Source of the DNA: a virus
Lineage: Duplodnaviria > Caudoviricetes
DNA length: 64,000 nucleotides
Reading direction: 5' to 3' (one strand)
Virus record (IMG/VR): IMGVR_UViG_3300028805_004760
Location: 96,001 to 160,000 of that record
The notes beneath the pieces are model-generated. The model was not told where the DNA came from, searched no databases, and saw nothing but the letters and a program-made list of their open reading frames with translations. The position numbers and the translations under genes were made by a program. Numbering within the stretch: position 1 is the first letter of the stretch; each line of letters begins with the position of its first letter. Shown piece by piece: positions 16,501 through 27,379 of this stretch.

Positions 16501-17944
16501 ATATCTTTATATTAATGATAATAATTCAATAAACAATGAAACATGGGAAATTACTAATAGTCAAAATAATTTAAAAAATATTAACGATTCGTTATTACCA
16601 TTGTTTACCGATGTTTATATAAATGATTATGATATGAATATTATGCAATCTATGATTAGTAATAATAAAATATCAAAAAATAAATATTGGTATAATACTG
16701 GTGTTTATGTTAAAGAAATTGATATTAAAGAAACTATAAAATCTTTAATGACACAAAATTTATATCAAGTATATTTGAATTCATTAATAAATACTGTACA
16801 ATCAGATTGGTCTAAATATGTTGTACAAAATGATATTAATATTAGTGAAGATACAATAAATAATAAAATTGATTTTTTATATGAATATCAAAGAAATAAA
16901 TTTAATCAATTAGTTAAATATATAGGAATTAAATTATATTCAATTGAAGACACACTTGATATATCTTTAGATAATTTTGAATATGAAGGTGTTTCATATG
17001 ATAAAAAGTACAATATATATACATATGAAAAGGATAATTTGAAATATGGTTTTTATGTAGTTAATTGTAATGTAAATAATACAAATCATTCATTTTATAT
17101 TAAAGATGATTTTAATTTGAATATTCAATTTGATTCAATTAATGGTCATATAATTAATGATGCTAATAAAATGTATTTTAACAATATATTTTATCTTTTA
17201 TTACCATTCTTAAAAATCAACATTTTCAATGAATTTACAAAAATGGTAAATACAATAGTTTATCCTAAAGAATCTGAAATTACAATTACATATACTAATA
17301 AAGCTCTTAATAAAAATGATAATATAAAATACGATATAATGAACAAATATAATGTAACCGATACTACATTATACGAAAGTTTGAAAAAAATAGATGAAAA
17401 GAAAATAAAATTATTAAGATATTTCAATTATATAACACCTTATTTATGCAAGACTTCAATTATTAAAGATGTTTGGGAATTGAATTTTATTGATAAAAAC
17501 AACGAATCATCTGATAAAGAAAAATACAATATATATAATAGAAAAGACATTAATATATATAAGTATAATCCATTATTAGTATATTCTGGTGAATATAATG
17601 TATCTTCTAATAAATATGATGAATATAAATTAGTTGATCAAATAGAATATAAGCATTTTAATGATAATATAATATATAATTTGCCTGAATATATATCTAT
17701 TGAATCAGATAAAGAATATACATATAATGAAATAAAAGAATTAACAGATGATAGTGATTTAATTAAAGAAAAACAAATTAATATATTATATAAATTTTTT
17801 AAAGAAAATAACTTAGATTATAAAGATATAATGTTATTTTTATTTAATAAATATGAATCTAACTTTATAATAAATAAAACATATGATTCGCCAATTTTAG
17901 AAAAATGTAAGTTTAATATATCATATAAATTTAGTCTAATTTAA
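13502..17944 (+). CDS. Large hypothetical phage protein (possibly virion-associated)
   Basis: 1480-aa uninterrupted ORF; no motif recognised. Confidence 0.85.
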   Translation: MFKPLLRTLPSLSGNFTIGCKLNEIQKDTRDEYSTYVKMANLMPLQNTLYSNNIEINLLNGKYEHDIKKYYYKYSNYFYKENYQYNTKNFKTLNLDAKFNFINDARNKDYEFGCKRINYSQNEYAYSFYAPIYIDNVNDLPEYFCINLSLDTYHIKTIKIYLNKESKINYLKKYLSLYLNKIDDRVIFCLPDSYQATYFGIDVKQGGLTQYKDNVIGNIYKSQTTINNFDNIICKGFERNNLIMRQIIPLSFMFNINDLLDDYEKEFFKGYKVNISGYYYSNNDIKYDFYDFDTNYWSSYNKYLKYIERLGKYKISFGTNVNGNINVMDVGYPSLNESRYIKYIDSNKITPKYCKFKMLLSDDSDPYITNLSFGYSYLQNPNQKYGYFPTMFKDIHANAVILNKDLKLPIGNNIDTYYKTSKYFANNVYIDSTNYDKYYKLMSNYSGTWFNVLTDNEVIFNDKNFVNVKYDNAYFKGILYNLKELHNLNIDKFGLFLSFNFNYINEEKLNSEIIKAKYVFSKSDKSDNMINTYVDDYDMGVHYYDLRKTTNTQISTYSLNNYHKNLIHPSIYGKNCYLLHDKILKENINGKYVQEQNYSDENIYYKYNDILSHIDSIISKTNKDLKGVDSDIIEKIKEDILLELSDKIIVGYLLMDVHNNINLFNTIKSLNISEKTLILTNELFSRNDPENLDEKYKWLYDKLYFCSSNNNKKRLLNKYYNTISYDENINGKVCLFIKELYVHKYYVIDILITIIKKYLHYISYNIISKFEIEFSSDKTYLYEYFGNINGIEIYDYLIEYKNNEYSNIYVDTYNLNNLIKKYNEINEDKIYLTTIEKKKYNYYIKLLDKDHIKEYYYKINNDENNINTLRLINMLKQIYVKKRHWVINSNVFDIKDSYTNLFDYLLNYENYTYTSDTEESLKDTINKFKKTIETETDDKVVIEWLLNSLSDNRNANNNFVLNFFGFEIEIDLYINKDVYMLGDNIYKILINSNGVIDNYLYLYINDNNSINNETWEITNSQNNLKNINDSLLPLFTDVYINDYDMNIMQSMISNNKISKNKYWYNTGVYVKEIDIKETIKSLMTQNLYQVYLNSLINTVQSDWSKYVVQNDINISEDTINNKIDFLYEYQRNKFNQLVKYIGIKLYSIEDTLDISLDNFEYEGVSYDKKYNIYTYEKDNLKYGFYVVNCNVNNTNHSFYIKDDFNLNIQFDSINGHIINDANKMYFNNIFYLLLPFLKINIFNEFTKMVNTIVYPKESEITITYTNKALNKNDNIKYDIMNKYNVTDTTLYESLKKIDEKKIKLLRYFNYITPYLCKTSIIKDVWELNFIDKNNESSDKEKYNIYNRKDINIYKYNPLLVYSGEYNVSSNKYDEYKLVDQIEYKHFNDNIIYNLPEYISIESDKEYTYNEIKELTDDSDLIKEKQINILYKFFKENNLDYKDIMLFLFNKYESNFIINKTYDSPILEKCKFNISYKFSLI

Positions 17945-17946
17945 AA

Positions 17947-20900
17947 ATGATAAAAAATGTTAATTTAATGCAGAACCCAATAGATTTAGCTTGGGATGAA
18001 AATACAGAATATTCAAAAGAACACATAATACAAGCATTGGCTAATTTGGGTCAACGCATGGGTATAAAGGGAGATAGTATAGCTTATAAATCTTTTACAT
18101 TTAATGATATATTAAGCGATGTATATTCAGCAAATGAGTATATAGGATTTATAGAATATTTTAAAAATGATGAACTAAATGAAACTAAAGCAAAATTTGG
18201 TGTAACTAGTAAATATCAATTACATAATTCAAATAAAGATATAACAATTGATACAACAACAAGTATTAATAATATTTTAATATTTCCAAATGATTTGTCT
18301 TTTTCTATTCCTATAAACAATATTGAAAAATATTCAAAAAACAGTATATGTATAAATGAAAATAATGAATTGACGTTTATGCTTGCTGGAAAATTTATGG
18401 GAGCTTCAGATGATGAACCAAATAATACAATTCTTTTATATTATAAATTTGATATATTAACAAATAAACTTATTACTTGTTATAAAGTATTTTACTTTGA
18501 TACAAATAATAAAAACGAGAAGTATTATTGTTTACTCAATGTAAATAATATAAAAGAAAATAATAAATTATCGAATAATTTTACTTTAGATATACATGTA
18601 TTTAATAGTTCATTATTAAATAGTTCATATAAGCAATTATTTGAAAATTTATTTTGCTTTAAAAATTACGAATCAAATGGTAAGATTCCATTTAGTATTT
18701 TAAATTCTTATTATGTAAACATTGATAATCTATTATCATATAATAGTGATACATCATTTAATTATGATTCAAATTCTGTAATTAGTGTTATACTTAATAA
18801 CATTGATAATAAAATAATTCATCCATCAAAACAAATTAAATTAAATTTTGATACATATGCAAATGAATTATTGTCTGTTAATGAAACAGATTTGTCTGAT
18901 GCTTTAGAATATTTTTCACAAGAATATAATTTAAATCTTTATGAAGAATTATTTATGATTAATGAAGATATTAATAAACTTTATTTTAATATCTTTAAAT
19001 ATTATAATGAAAAATTTTATTTAGAATATAAATCAACATTTATTAAACGTATTCTTTTTAAAATTTATGAAAGATCTTCAGAATTTAATTATGACAATAG
19101 TTATCGTCTTTATATTCCTTTAGACTATAAATTCCATTATATATGTAACAGTAATAATGATTTAAATATATATTATTCAAATAATATTTATGTTTCTTAT
19201 ACTTCTTTAGATAATGTTGATTTAGATGAATTTTGGAAACTTAATACAAATCTTATATATGATTATTCTGGTATTGATAAAGTAAAAGTATATAATTTTG
19301 AATTAACATATAATTCAAATGATGATGAATTAATTAATACAATTGATATTAAAGACATTTATACAATGCCTTATATTAATGCCAATAACAATTGGTCAAT
19401 AAATGATATTGATACAAAAATACGTGCAATTGGTAAAGATGCGGGTAATCCAAATATTATAATCATATTTAATAAAAATCAAAATGATTATGAAATATTA
19501 AATGCAATTTCAAATAAAAAATATATTGAAAGCGCAACATATGAACAACGTTGGTTTGAATTAAATACAGCATTATTTGAAAATATTAATGAAGTAACTA
19601 TTAGATGCTGTGCATATATTCCAAAAATCGAATCTTTAACATACGAATATTTTAAAGATTCAATCATATTTAGTATTTCTGACTTAAATTGTTTAGAATA
19701 TGATACATTTAAAACTAGTTATAAAGGATCATATATATACACATTATGGAATGTAGTAGAAAATAATGGTGAATTGAGTTTTGAATTAATTAATGATACT
19801 GATAATACTTATGCATTAACATTAGGTTCTACTATTAATTTATTAAATGCAAATAGTGATGCATCAGTTGCCAATTTAAATGATCAAGATTTAATATTAC
19901 TTAAATCAGTATTAAGTAATGTTGGTCATGAAAAATTAACAGTTAATAAAAATAATTGGCTTATATTGAAGAATAAACAGTCAGAAGAATATGTTGATGA
20001 ATACAATTTAAAAACAAGTGATTACAATAATGATCTTAACGCCATATTGCAATATAATGACAATGTTTTATTAAAGTCTAATCACATTATTCATTCACAA
20101 AATTCAAAATATATATCAAATATAAATGATTTATCAATAACTAATTCTTTATATCCTAAATATGTAGTTTCTACATCAGAAGACATAGTTACTAAAGAGG
20201 TTAATAAACTTGAATTAATTAATAAAATAAAATCATTGCAACAATATGAGAGTAGAATATATGTGCAAGGACGAGAAACAACAAATACCGAAGAATTAAT
20301 TGAAGTTATACAAAATGTTGGAGAATTAGAAGAAACACAAGAAACAATAGAAATTAAATCAGAAAAGGTCAGCAGTGTTAAAACTAATTATAATGAATAT
20401 GTATTTAATTCAAATATTCCTTCATTAGATTATAAAGAATTATTTATAAGAAATGCAAACTTATTAAATAGACTTAATATTATATCATTAGATTCAACTG
20501 GACAAATATATAATGCATATATTGGAACATCTTATGATGAATCAAATAAAAATATATTGCATATAGGATCTAATAATACTAATATCAATATTGGTTCAGA
20601 CACTTTAATTAATGAATTAGATAGAAATAAATTTAACACGCATGAAAAATTATCAATAGATTTCAATGAAATATTATTAAATGCTTCAAATAAAGTTGTT
20701 ACATCAAAACCAATTACTTCAGAATATAAATTAAATGGTATAACATATTATTCTGGTACAAGTAAATTAATTGGAACATTTAATAAGTTTGATTTTGGAA
20801 GTATGAACATAAATAATTTGTCATATTCTTCTAATTTAATAGTAAAGATAAATGATATTTATTTTATTTCAATTAACCAATTATTAAATAATGTATTTAA

Positions 20901-21198
20901 TGTTAAATCATTAACTAATTATAATATTAATTGTGTAAAAATTAATAATGAAACACCAATTATAATTAGAGAAGATAATTTTAATTCAAATAACATATTT
21001 GTAAATGAATATAATGAAAATAATATAAATAAGTATTTATATATGATTAAATTACATTCATCAGATAATGTATTTGAAATAAATGATAATGTAATATATG
21101 CACCATTAAATATTGAAATAATGTATTATACATATTCTTTAAAAGATAATTCTAATAATTCTCAAAACGCCATAAATATATATGTATCATTTAAATAA
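17947..21198 (+). CDS. Large hypothetical phage protein (possibly virion-associated)
   Basis: 1083-aa ORF; contains PYINANNNWSINDIDTKIRAIGKDAG, reminiscent of tail-fibre-type repeats. Confidence 0.85.
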   Translation: MIKNVNLMQNPIDLAWDENTEYSKEHIIQALANLGQRMGIKGDSIAYKSFTFNDILSDVYSANEYIGFIEYFKNDELNETKAKFGVTSKYQLHNSNKDITIDTTTSINNILIFPNDLSFSIPINNIEKYSKNSICINENNELTFMLAGKFMGASDDEPNNTILLYYKFDILTNKLITCYKVFYFDTNNKNEKYYCLLNVNNIKENNKLSNNFTLDIHVFNSSLLNSSYKQLFENLFCFKNYESNGKIPFSILNSYYVNIDNLLSYNSDTSFNYDSNSVISVILNNIDNKIIHPSKQIKLNFDTYANELLSVNETDLSDALEYFSQEYNLNLYEELFMINEDINKLYFNIFKYYNEKFYLEYKSTFIKRILFKIYERSSEFNYDNSYRLYIPLDYKFHYICNSNNDLNIYYSNNIYVSYTSLDNVDLDEFWKLNTNLIYDYSGIDKVKVYNFELTYNSNDDELINTIDIKDIYTMPYINANNNWSINDIDTKIRAIGKDAGNPNIIIIFNKNQNDYEILNAISNKKYIESATYEQRWFELNTALFENINEVTIRCCAYIPKIESLTYEYFKDSIIFSISDLNCLEYDTFKTSYKGSYIYTLWNVVENNGELSFELINDTDNTYALTLGSTINLLNANSDASVANLNDQDLILLKSVLSNVGHEKLTVNKNNWLILKNKQSEEYVDEYNLKTSDYNNDLNAILQYNDNVLLKSNHIIHSQNSKYISNINDLSITNSLYPKYVVSTSEDIVTKEVNKLELINKIKSLQQYESRIYVQGRETTNTEELIEVIQNVGELEETQETIEIKSEKVSSVKTNYNEYVFNSNIPSLDYKELFIRNANLLNRLNIISLDSTGQIYNAYIGTSYDESNKNILHIGSNNTNINIGSDTLINELDRNKFNTHEKLSIDFNEILLNASNKVVTSKPITSEYKLNGITYYSGTSKLIGTFNKFDFGSMNINNLSYSSNLIVKINDIYFISINQLLNNVFNVKSLTNYNINCVKINNETPIIIREDNFNSNNIFVNEYNENNINKYLYMIKLHSSDNVFEINDNVIYAPLNIEIMYYTYSLKDNSNNSQNAINIYVSFK

Positions 21199-21728
21199 TG
21201 AATTTAAAAGTTTTTATAGTATGTTTAAATAAGCAAATAGCTTTAGATATTGCAAAAAAAATTGTTATGTTAAATGACGATTTATCAATATCACCGATGT
21301 TTACAACGGATAACTCAAAAAATACACCAAATGATAATTATGAAATTTATATGGATGTAAATACTGTTAATTTGTCATATAAGAATAATTCATTACTTTA
21401 TATTATGACAAATAAATATATATCAACAGGAATTACAATTGATGATTTCTATAATAATGATTTATGTATAATGAACATTAATGAATACAATTTAATATCT
21501 GAACATTTATTTAATAAATATGATATATTGACAATTTGGATAGATACTAAAAAACATGGTTCATTATCAAATACTGATTTAACAGAAATAAAATATTTTA
21601 ATTCATTTTTAGAAAAAACAAAATACTTATATTTTTTAGATGATGAATCTAATATAAGTGACACTATTTTAGATTATATTAAAGGTGATGAAAGTAAACG
21701 TCAACACTTGCTTGAAGAAAATAGTTAA
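21198..21728 (+). CDS. Hypothetical protein, degenerate guanylate-kinase-like
   Basis: FTT and GITIDDF segments resemble GMP kinase; P-loop absent. Confidence 0.55.
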   Translation: MNLKVFIVCLNKQIALDIAKKIVMLNDDLSISPMFTTDNSKNTPNDNYEIYMDVNTVNLSYKNNSLLYIMTNKYISTGITIDDFYNNDLCIMNINEYNLISEHLFNKYDILTIWIDTKKHGSLSNTDLTEIKYFNSFLEKTKYLYFLDDESNISDTILDYIKGDESKRQHLLEENS

Positions 21729-21807
21729 TATTAATTAAATTTTATATTGAATTAAATTTTTTATATTATCTATTTTTAAATATTACTAAAAACATAAGAT
21801 TAATATA

Positions 21808-22434
21808 ATGGCTGAGAAATATGAAGGCAAGATAGAAAGTAGAGAATTTCTACCAAGCGAAGATGGCGGTATGGGAATATCTGGTACTTGGATTAATAAA
21901 CGAACAGGTGTAAAAATTAATGTTCGTAATTCTATTATGGATGGTGATAATATGATTATTATTACAGATCGTGGCCAAATTTCAATGAATGAATTTTCAC
22001 GTGATTATATCCAAGCATCAGATGAGATATATGATGAATCTGGTAAAGTGGTTGGACATGAAGAAGTAACAATTGAAGATTATGGACAAGATTCAGATTG
22101 GGCAGATATTCAAGCAGCAATGGCAGGTACACCTGGATTACACCCACAAACACCACAACCAGGAAAAACTGCAGTAAATACTAATGATCAAATTATTAAA
22201 AAGGTTTTTGATAAATTATCTTCTTACCCTAAAATTGACGTAGATATTAAATGGGACGAATTTCCAGAAGCACAAATAAGAACATTAGTAGATTATTTAG
22301 AGATTAGTGTAGATGATATATCAACATATATTATAAAGAATTATGTTAATATAGAAGCTTTAAGTTTAGCAATAACAGAAATTCTTAATTCAAAATTAGA
22401 TAAGAAAAATATTGAAGAGCAAACTAATGAGTAA
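21808..22434 (+). CDS. Hypothetical phage protein
   Basis: 208-aa ORF. Confidence 0.8.
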   Translation: MAEKYEGKIESREFLPSEDGGMGISGTWINKRTGVKINVRNSIMDGDNMIIITDRGQISMNEFSRDYIQASDEIYDESGKVVGHEEVTIEDYGQDSDWADIQAAMAGTPGLHPQTPQPGKTAVNTNDQIIKKVFDKLSSYPKIDVDIKWDEFPEAQIRTLVDYLEISVDDISTYIIKNYVNIEALSLAITEILNSKLDKKNIEEQTNE

Positions 22435-22672
22435 AGAAAATGATTTACAAATGATTGAATCCTTTTTAAAATTTGACGAGAATATTAAGGCAGCACAACA
22501 ATACATTAAAGAAACGTATCATATTGATAGTGAATTTTCTGATGAAGATAATATTTTATATATATGGTCTCCTAATATTAATGAAAGTTTAAGTCTTGCT
22601 TCAGCCAAAGAATATATTTGTCAAACAATTGGAAATGAAATGATAGATATTATTTATGGAGAAAAACAATAA
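22427..22672 (+). CDS. Hypothetical protein
   Basis: ORF starting MSKEND, overlapping the upstream stop. Confidence 0.7.
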   Translation: MSKENDLQMIESFLKFDENIKAAQQYIKETYHIDSEFSDEDNILYIWSPNINESLSLASAKEYICQTIGNEMIDIIYGEKQ

Positions 22673-22759
22673 GAATTAACATCATAAATAATGCAAAATA
22701 TAAAATATGGTTAATTTATTAATTTTATATTTTTTCTTTCATTAGAAGGATGTAAATAA

Positions 22760-22802
22760 TAGCCAGGGATGATATTTATTATAATATCCCTGGCTAATTT
22801 TT
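22760..22802. terminator. Bidirectional terminator
   Basis: TAGCCAGGGAT/ATCCCTGGCTA between convergent genes. Confidence 0.75.
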
Positions 22803-22811
22803 TAACATTTT

Positions 22812-23879
22812 TTAAATAATATCAAGTATACCTTTTAACTGATTGCTTGCAGCTTGTATTTGACTTTCTGCTAATGTTGTATCTTTACATACATTATAAT
22901 CTTTATATTTTTCAAATATATCCAATATCTCTTGTGGATATGATTCTTTTTCTAAAGCTACTAATCTACGATTATATTTAAAATGTTCAATAATATCATT
23001 TTCTGATTTATTAATTCTTCCTACATAATTTTTTAGATTAATAACTTTATCAATATAATTATGAATAGAATTATCATCATGATAATCTAAAGTAAAATCA
23101 ATATCTTTTGTTGCTACTTTATAGATACGGGATGTTTTATTTTTTGATTTACGAACAATTATTGGATATATGTTATCTCCAGCATCTCCTCTAATTATTT
23201 TATCTATAACTATATCTTTAGGATTAATCTTATGTACTTCTTTTGATTTATCAATAACTTTATTTAATAAATCTTCATTTATATTAAATTCATTATTAAA
23301 TAAAAAATTAAAATCATCTTCAGGAAATTCTTCTAAAAACAATCCATTATCAACATTCCACCATGCAGTGAAACATTTATCAGAATTCATAGATACTAAT
23401 TGTTTTAAGTCATTATCTTTTGTCCAAATAATACAATTAGTTCCTTGAGAATTCAAATATGTAGACCAATGATAACACCAATCGTCACCTTCTACATTAT
23501 TTTCTTGACAAGCAGTTATACCGCAACTTTGTAATGTTGAAATAAAATCTCCATAAGAAGAAAATAATAATTCCCAATTAATATCTGTAGATCTTACTCT
23601 ATTTCCTTTATATTCGACTGATTGTTCTTCTGAAGTTCGTTCATCATAGATAAATTTTGGAACTTCTAATTGGTTTCTCCATGAGCCAGCATCTGCAACA
23701 AAAATTATATTATCAATAAATGGGAATGTTCTAAGAACTACATTCATTGATTTAATAAGCATTAATTTTAATTCCTGATTAAGTTCAAATTCATCGATAA
23801 ATCTATTATTTAATACAGATAGTCTGCTCATTAAAAGCCAGTTTCCATCAACAATCAATGTTAATTTACTTTTTGGCAT
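22812..23879 (-). CDS. rnh: 5'-3' exonuclease / T4-type RNase H (FEN family)
   Basis: LIVDGN, YKGNR, EGDD, TKDNDLKQL, GDAGDNI motifs. Confidence 0.9.
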   Translation of the reverse strand: MPKSKLTLIVDGNWLLMSRLSVLNNRFIDEFELNQELKLMLIKSMNVVLRTFPFIDNIIFVADAGSWRNQLEVPKFIYDERTSEEQSVEYKGNRVRSTDINWELLFSSYGDFISTLQSCGITACQENNVEGDDWCYHWSTYLNSQGTNCIIWTKDNDLKQLVSMNSDKCFTAWWNVDNGLFLEEFPEDDFNFLFNNEFNINEDLLNKVIDKSKEVHKINPKDIVIDKIIRGDAGDNIYPIIVRKSKNKTSRIYKVATKDIDFTLDYHDDNSIHNYIDKVINLKNYVGRINKSENDIIEHFKYNRRLVALEKESYPQEILDIFEKYKDYNVCKDTTLAESQIQAASNQLKGILDII

Positions 23880-23939
23880 AGTTTAATTACCGCATATATT
23901 TATATAAAAATAGTTATTTATTTTTAATTAAAACATATT

Positions 23940-25553
23940 ATGATTAGAAAATATTTAACTAAATTTAATTCATTAGATGAATATTATAATAGTTTTTTGT
24001 TATCTAACGAATTTGAAACAAAAAATGTATCAAAAATTGATTCAAATATTTATTTCAAATTCTTTCATGTTCATGAATACTTAATAAATGAAATATTTGA
24101 AAATATTGAATTATTTAAACGATTATTACGTTTTTGTAAATTTAGATATGAAAATATTAATCATGATATTTTAGATTACTTTACAGAATTTTCAATTATT
24201 GAATTAATTAATTTTAATGAATTTAATATATATCCTTATGAAGCCGAATATATTGGAATATATAATAAAAACATTAAAGTAGCTAATATAAAGTTAAATA
24301 AAATAAATTTTAATGAAAGAAAATATCGTATAGGATTAATGTCAGATATTCATTATAATGATACGACAATAGATAATGATACTGAATCATATAGTATTGA
24401 CGAATCTTATTATAAAGAAGATATTGAAAATGCATTATCATTTTATCAAAATAAAGAAGATATAAAATTTATATGTGCTGCTGGAGATATTTCAACTGAT
24501 TCTGTTAAACATTTATTAAATTTTAAATTAATGCTTAATAAAGTAACACCAGATACTAATTTTTATTCGTGTCTTGGTAATCATGATTTTAAATGTACAG
24601 CTTATAATATTGGAGAATCTGTAGAAGAATCATATCAAAATACAGGATTATCTACTAATGATAAAGATAGACTTAATATATGGAATTCTATTATAACACC
24701 AAACCATTCAGATTATGAAATTCATTATCAAGATGAAAATACAGAATATGGAAAAACATCATATTGGTTTGAAGTACCTATAGAAGGAACTAATAAATCA
24801 GATATATACATATTCTTGTCAGTTAATTATGGATATGGAAATTACACATCAACCGCAAATCAAATTTTAAATGAAGAATCAGAAAATATACAACCATTAA
24901 TTGATTATGTTGGATATATGCCTTCTGATTATAATATACAATTTTATGACAATCTAACATTAATTTGGTTAAAAGATTTATTAGAACAATTTAGTAATAA
25001 ACGTGTATTTATTTTTACACATCAATTTTTTTCGCATAAAGCTGGAAATAATAATGGTAATAATGATTATTATAAATATGCATCTGATAATTGGAAAATA
25101 ACATCTACAAGTGCATATTGTCTTTGTGGCATACAATTTGAATTCTTAAATAAATTGAATAATGAATATAAAAACACGATTTGGTTTACTGGACATAGTC
25201 ATTATAAATGGAATTGGCAAAAAGATGACAAATATATTAATATTTGTAATAATGAATATAATATATATAAACCAGGAATTGAAGGTCTTAATAATTTAAA
25301 TCGTTATTTAAGAGTATCAGATACTGTAATTGCTAAAACTGGTGTTAATGTGCATTTACCTAGTACTTCACGTCCATTAGGATTATATATTAAAAATTAT
25401 ATGATTGCTGGTATGGATTCAGAAGGTGCAATAATGGATATATATGAAGACTATGTAGATATAAGAGGTATAATATTCAAGGAAAATACTAATGAATATA
25501 TTAATCAATATTGTCCAATAGCTCAATATAGAATTAATATTCCAGCAAAATAA
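23940..25553 (+). CDS. Calcineurin-like metallophosphoesterase
   Basis: SDIH, AGD, GNHD, TH, GHSH motifs. Confidence 0.85.
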   Translation: MIRKYLTKFNSLDEYYNSFLLSNEFETKNVSKIDSNIYFKFFHVHEYLINEIFENIELFKRLLRFCKFRYENINHDILDYFTEFSIIELINFNEFNIYPYEAEYIGIYNKNIKVANIKLNKINFNERKYRIGLMSDIHYNDTTIDNDTESYSIDESYYKEDIENALSFYQNKEDIKFICAAGDISTDSVKHLLNFKLMLNKVTPDTNFYSCLGNHDFKCTAYNIGESVEESYQNTGLSTNDKDRLNIWNSIITPNHSDYEIHYQDENTEYGKTSYWFEVPIEGTNKSDIYIFLSVNYGYGNYTSTANQILNEESENIQPLIDYVGYMPSDYNIQFYDNLTLIWLKDLLEQFSNKRVFIFTHQFFSHKAGNNNGNNDYYKYASDNWKITSTSAYCLCGIQFEFLNKLNNEYKNTIWFTGHSHYKWNWQKDDKYINICNNEYNIYKPGIEGLNNLNRYLRVSDTVIAKTGVNVHLPSTSRPLGLYIKNYMIAGMDSEGAIMDIYEDYVDIRGIIFKENTNEYINQYCPIAQYRINIPAK

Positions 25554-25565
25554 TAAATAACAAAC

Positions 25566-25599
25566 AAAGGTATACATCAATGATGTATACCTTTTTTTT
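25566..25599. terminator. Terminator
   Basis: AAAGGTATACATC/GATGTATACCTTT plus T-tract. Confidence 0.75.
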
Positions 25600-25623
25600 A
25601 TTCTACTTTGATTAATGTCTTAA

Positions 25624-25821
25624 TTACTCAGCTACAACAGTAGAATCAACAGCAACTGTGTCAGCAACAATTGAATCAACTACCATTGAATCAACAACTT
25701 CAATAGAATCAACTGCTACGCTATCTACACCTTCAGTTGCTGTACCTGCACCGTTACCGCAGCTTCCGATAGCCATGCCAAACATAATTGCAAAGATAAA
25801 TGCAAAAATTGTCTTTCTCAT
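25624..25821 (-). CDS. Small lipoprotein with VDS repeats
   Basis: Signal peptide ending in GSC; acidic DSV/DSI repeats typical of Bacteroidota lipoproteins. Confidence 0.8.
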   Translation of the reverse strand: MRKTIFAFIFAIMFGMAIGSCGNGAGTATEGVDSVAVDSIEVVDSMVVDSIVADTVAVDSTVVAE

Positions 25822-25928
25822 GTTTTTAATGTTTTAATGTTTTTTATTTAATTAATATATTAGTGAATTATCAATATTAAATATAGTTTGAACTTGATTG
25901 ATATTCAATTTAATAATAAAAATATTTA

Positions 25929-26492
25929 TTACCTACGACCACCAAAATTTCTATTATTTGGTTTATCTACTGAATTATTGGTTTGTCTATTTGTTCGTGT
26001 ACCATTTTGATTATTTGGTCTATTTGGACGATTATTATTCGGTCTATTTGAAATAACATCTGGGCGACTACCATGTGGTCGTCTATAACTATCACCTCTA
26101 TGTATAGGCTTTATATTTCTAAAATTATTAGGTACACCAAATCCTTTGTGATATCCTGGTCTAAATCTATAATCATAACGATGAGGTCTGAAATATGGAC
26201 GATAATGTAAATGATTAAATGGATGTCTATATGCTCTTACATACCAATAATTATCATAATAAAAAGGATAATAATATAAATTATTATACAAATAATATAA
26301 TATTGATCCATTATAGTAATATGGAGTTCCATAATGAATAACAATATTAAAATCAACATTGGATTGAACAATATCCGCCTGTGCTTCTACATATATGTCA
26401 TCTTGTGTTGTCGCATAAGAATATACTTCACAACTTGATAATGAACATATCATCATTAAAGCAATTAAAAGTGTTAATAATTTTCTTTTCAT
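25929..26492 (-). CDS. Putative lipoprotein (Tyr-rich core, Arg/Asn-rich tail)
   Basis: LSSC lipobox. Confidence 0.75.
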   Translation of the reverse strand: MKRKLLTLLIALMMICSLSSCEVYSYATTQDDIYVEAQADIVQSNVDFNIVIHYGTPYYYNGSILYYLYNNLYYYPFYYDNYWYVRAYRHPFNHLHYRPYFRPHRYDYRFRPGYHKGFGVPNNFRNIKPIHRGDSYRRPHGSRPDVISNRPNNNRPNRPNNQNGTRTNRQTNNSVDKPNNRNFGGRR

Positions 26493-26494
26493 AG

Positions 26495-26758
26495 TTAATC
26501 AATTAAATTTTCATTTTTTAATACTTGTGCTAATATTACAGCACGACTAACACAATCACTAGCAATCTGATATGGACTTTTTGAATTATTATCAAAATTC
26601 GTATTTGCAAATAATCTTATAACACAATCTCTAATTATTGCTTTATTATCTTTAGATAATGATTTAACTACTTCATCTAATTTATTATTTAAAGAATCTA
26701 TATCAAAATTAACTGTTACTTGAGCTGCTCCAGATCCAGCTCCGCCTTCTTCTCCCAT
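26495..26758 (-). CDS. Hypothetical protein
   Basis: ORF in operon. Confidence 0.7.
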   Translation of the reverse strand: MGEEGGAGSGAAQVTVNFDIDSLNNKLDEVVKSLSKDNKAIIRDCVIRLFANTNFDNNSKSPYQIASDCVSRAVILAQVLKNENLID

Positions 26759-26786
26759 AAATTAATAAATGTTTATTAAAAATATT

Positions 26787-27377
26787 TTAATCTTCAGTTA
26801 ATGTTTCTTTTGGATTAAATGGTAATTTTACAAAATCTTCATAATATTGTTGTACTTTTTTCCAATCTTCAAAAGTAGGTACATCTTTTAATGTTAATCC
26901 ATAACGTCCTTTTAAAGCATCATATTTTCGCGAATAATGATTTAAAAGTGTTTTCTTTGGAAGATTTACAATTGATAAATAAATATATTGGTAAAGTTTA
27001 TCATCCATATTATCAAGATTATACTTATTTACCATTTTTCCTGTTTCAGTATTATAAAGAATATATCCATAAAACGCATTATCTCTTGACATATCTGTTC
27101 TATAAATAAATAATTTATCATAAATACCAGGATTATATTTATTATAAGTTAAATCATAAATTAAACAATTTGTTTTTGAACGACTAAACTTATCTAAATA
27201 TTCAATAACAATTTTATCTGCTTTATGACTATTTGGTGTGATTATTCCATATCCACTAAATCTTGCATAATCAATCATACGTCCACCCGCAAATAAACCT
27301 TGTAAAATCAATGATCCTTTTTGTTTAAAATTATCAAATGTCTGATAATAAAAATCTAATGTAATTTCGTAATTCAT
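26787..27377 (-). CDS. Hypothetical protein
   Basis: ORF in operon. Confidence 0.75.
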   Translation of the reverse strand: MNYEITLDFYYQTFDNFKQKGSLILQGLFAGGRMIDYARFSGYGIITPNSHKADKIVIEYLDKFSRSKTNCLIYDLTYNKYNPGIYDKLFIYRTDMSRDNAFYGYILYNTETGKMVNKYNLDNMDDKLYQYIYLSIVNLPKKTLLNHYSRKYDALKGRYGLTLKDVPTFEDWKKVQQYYEDFVKLPFNPKETLTED

Positions 27378-27379
27378 AA

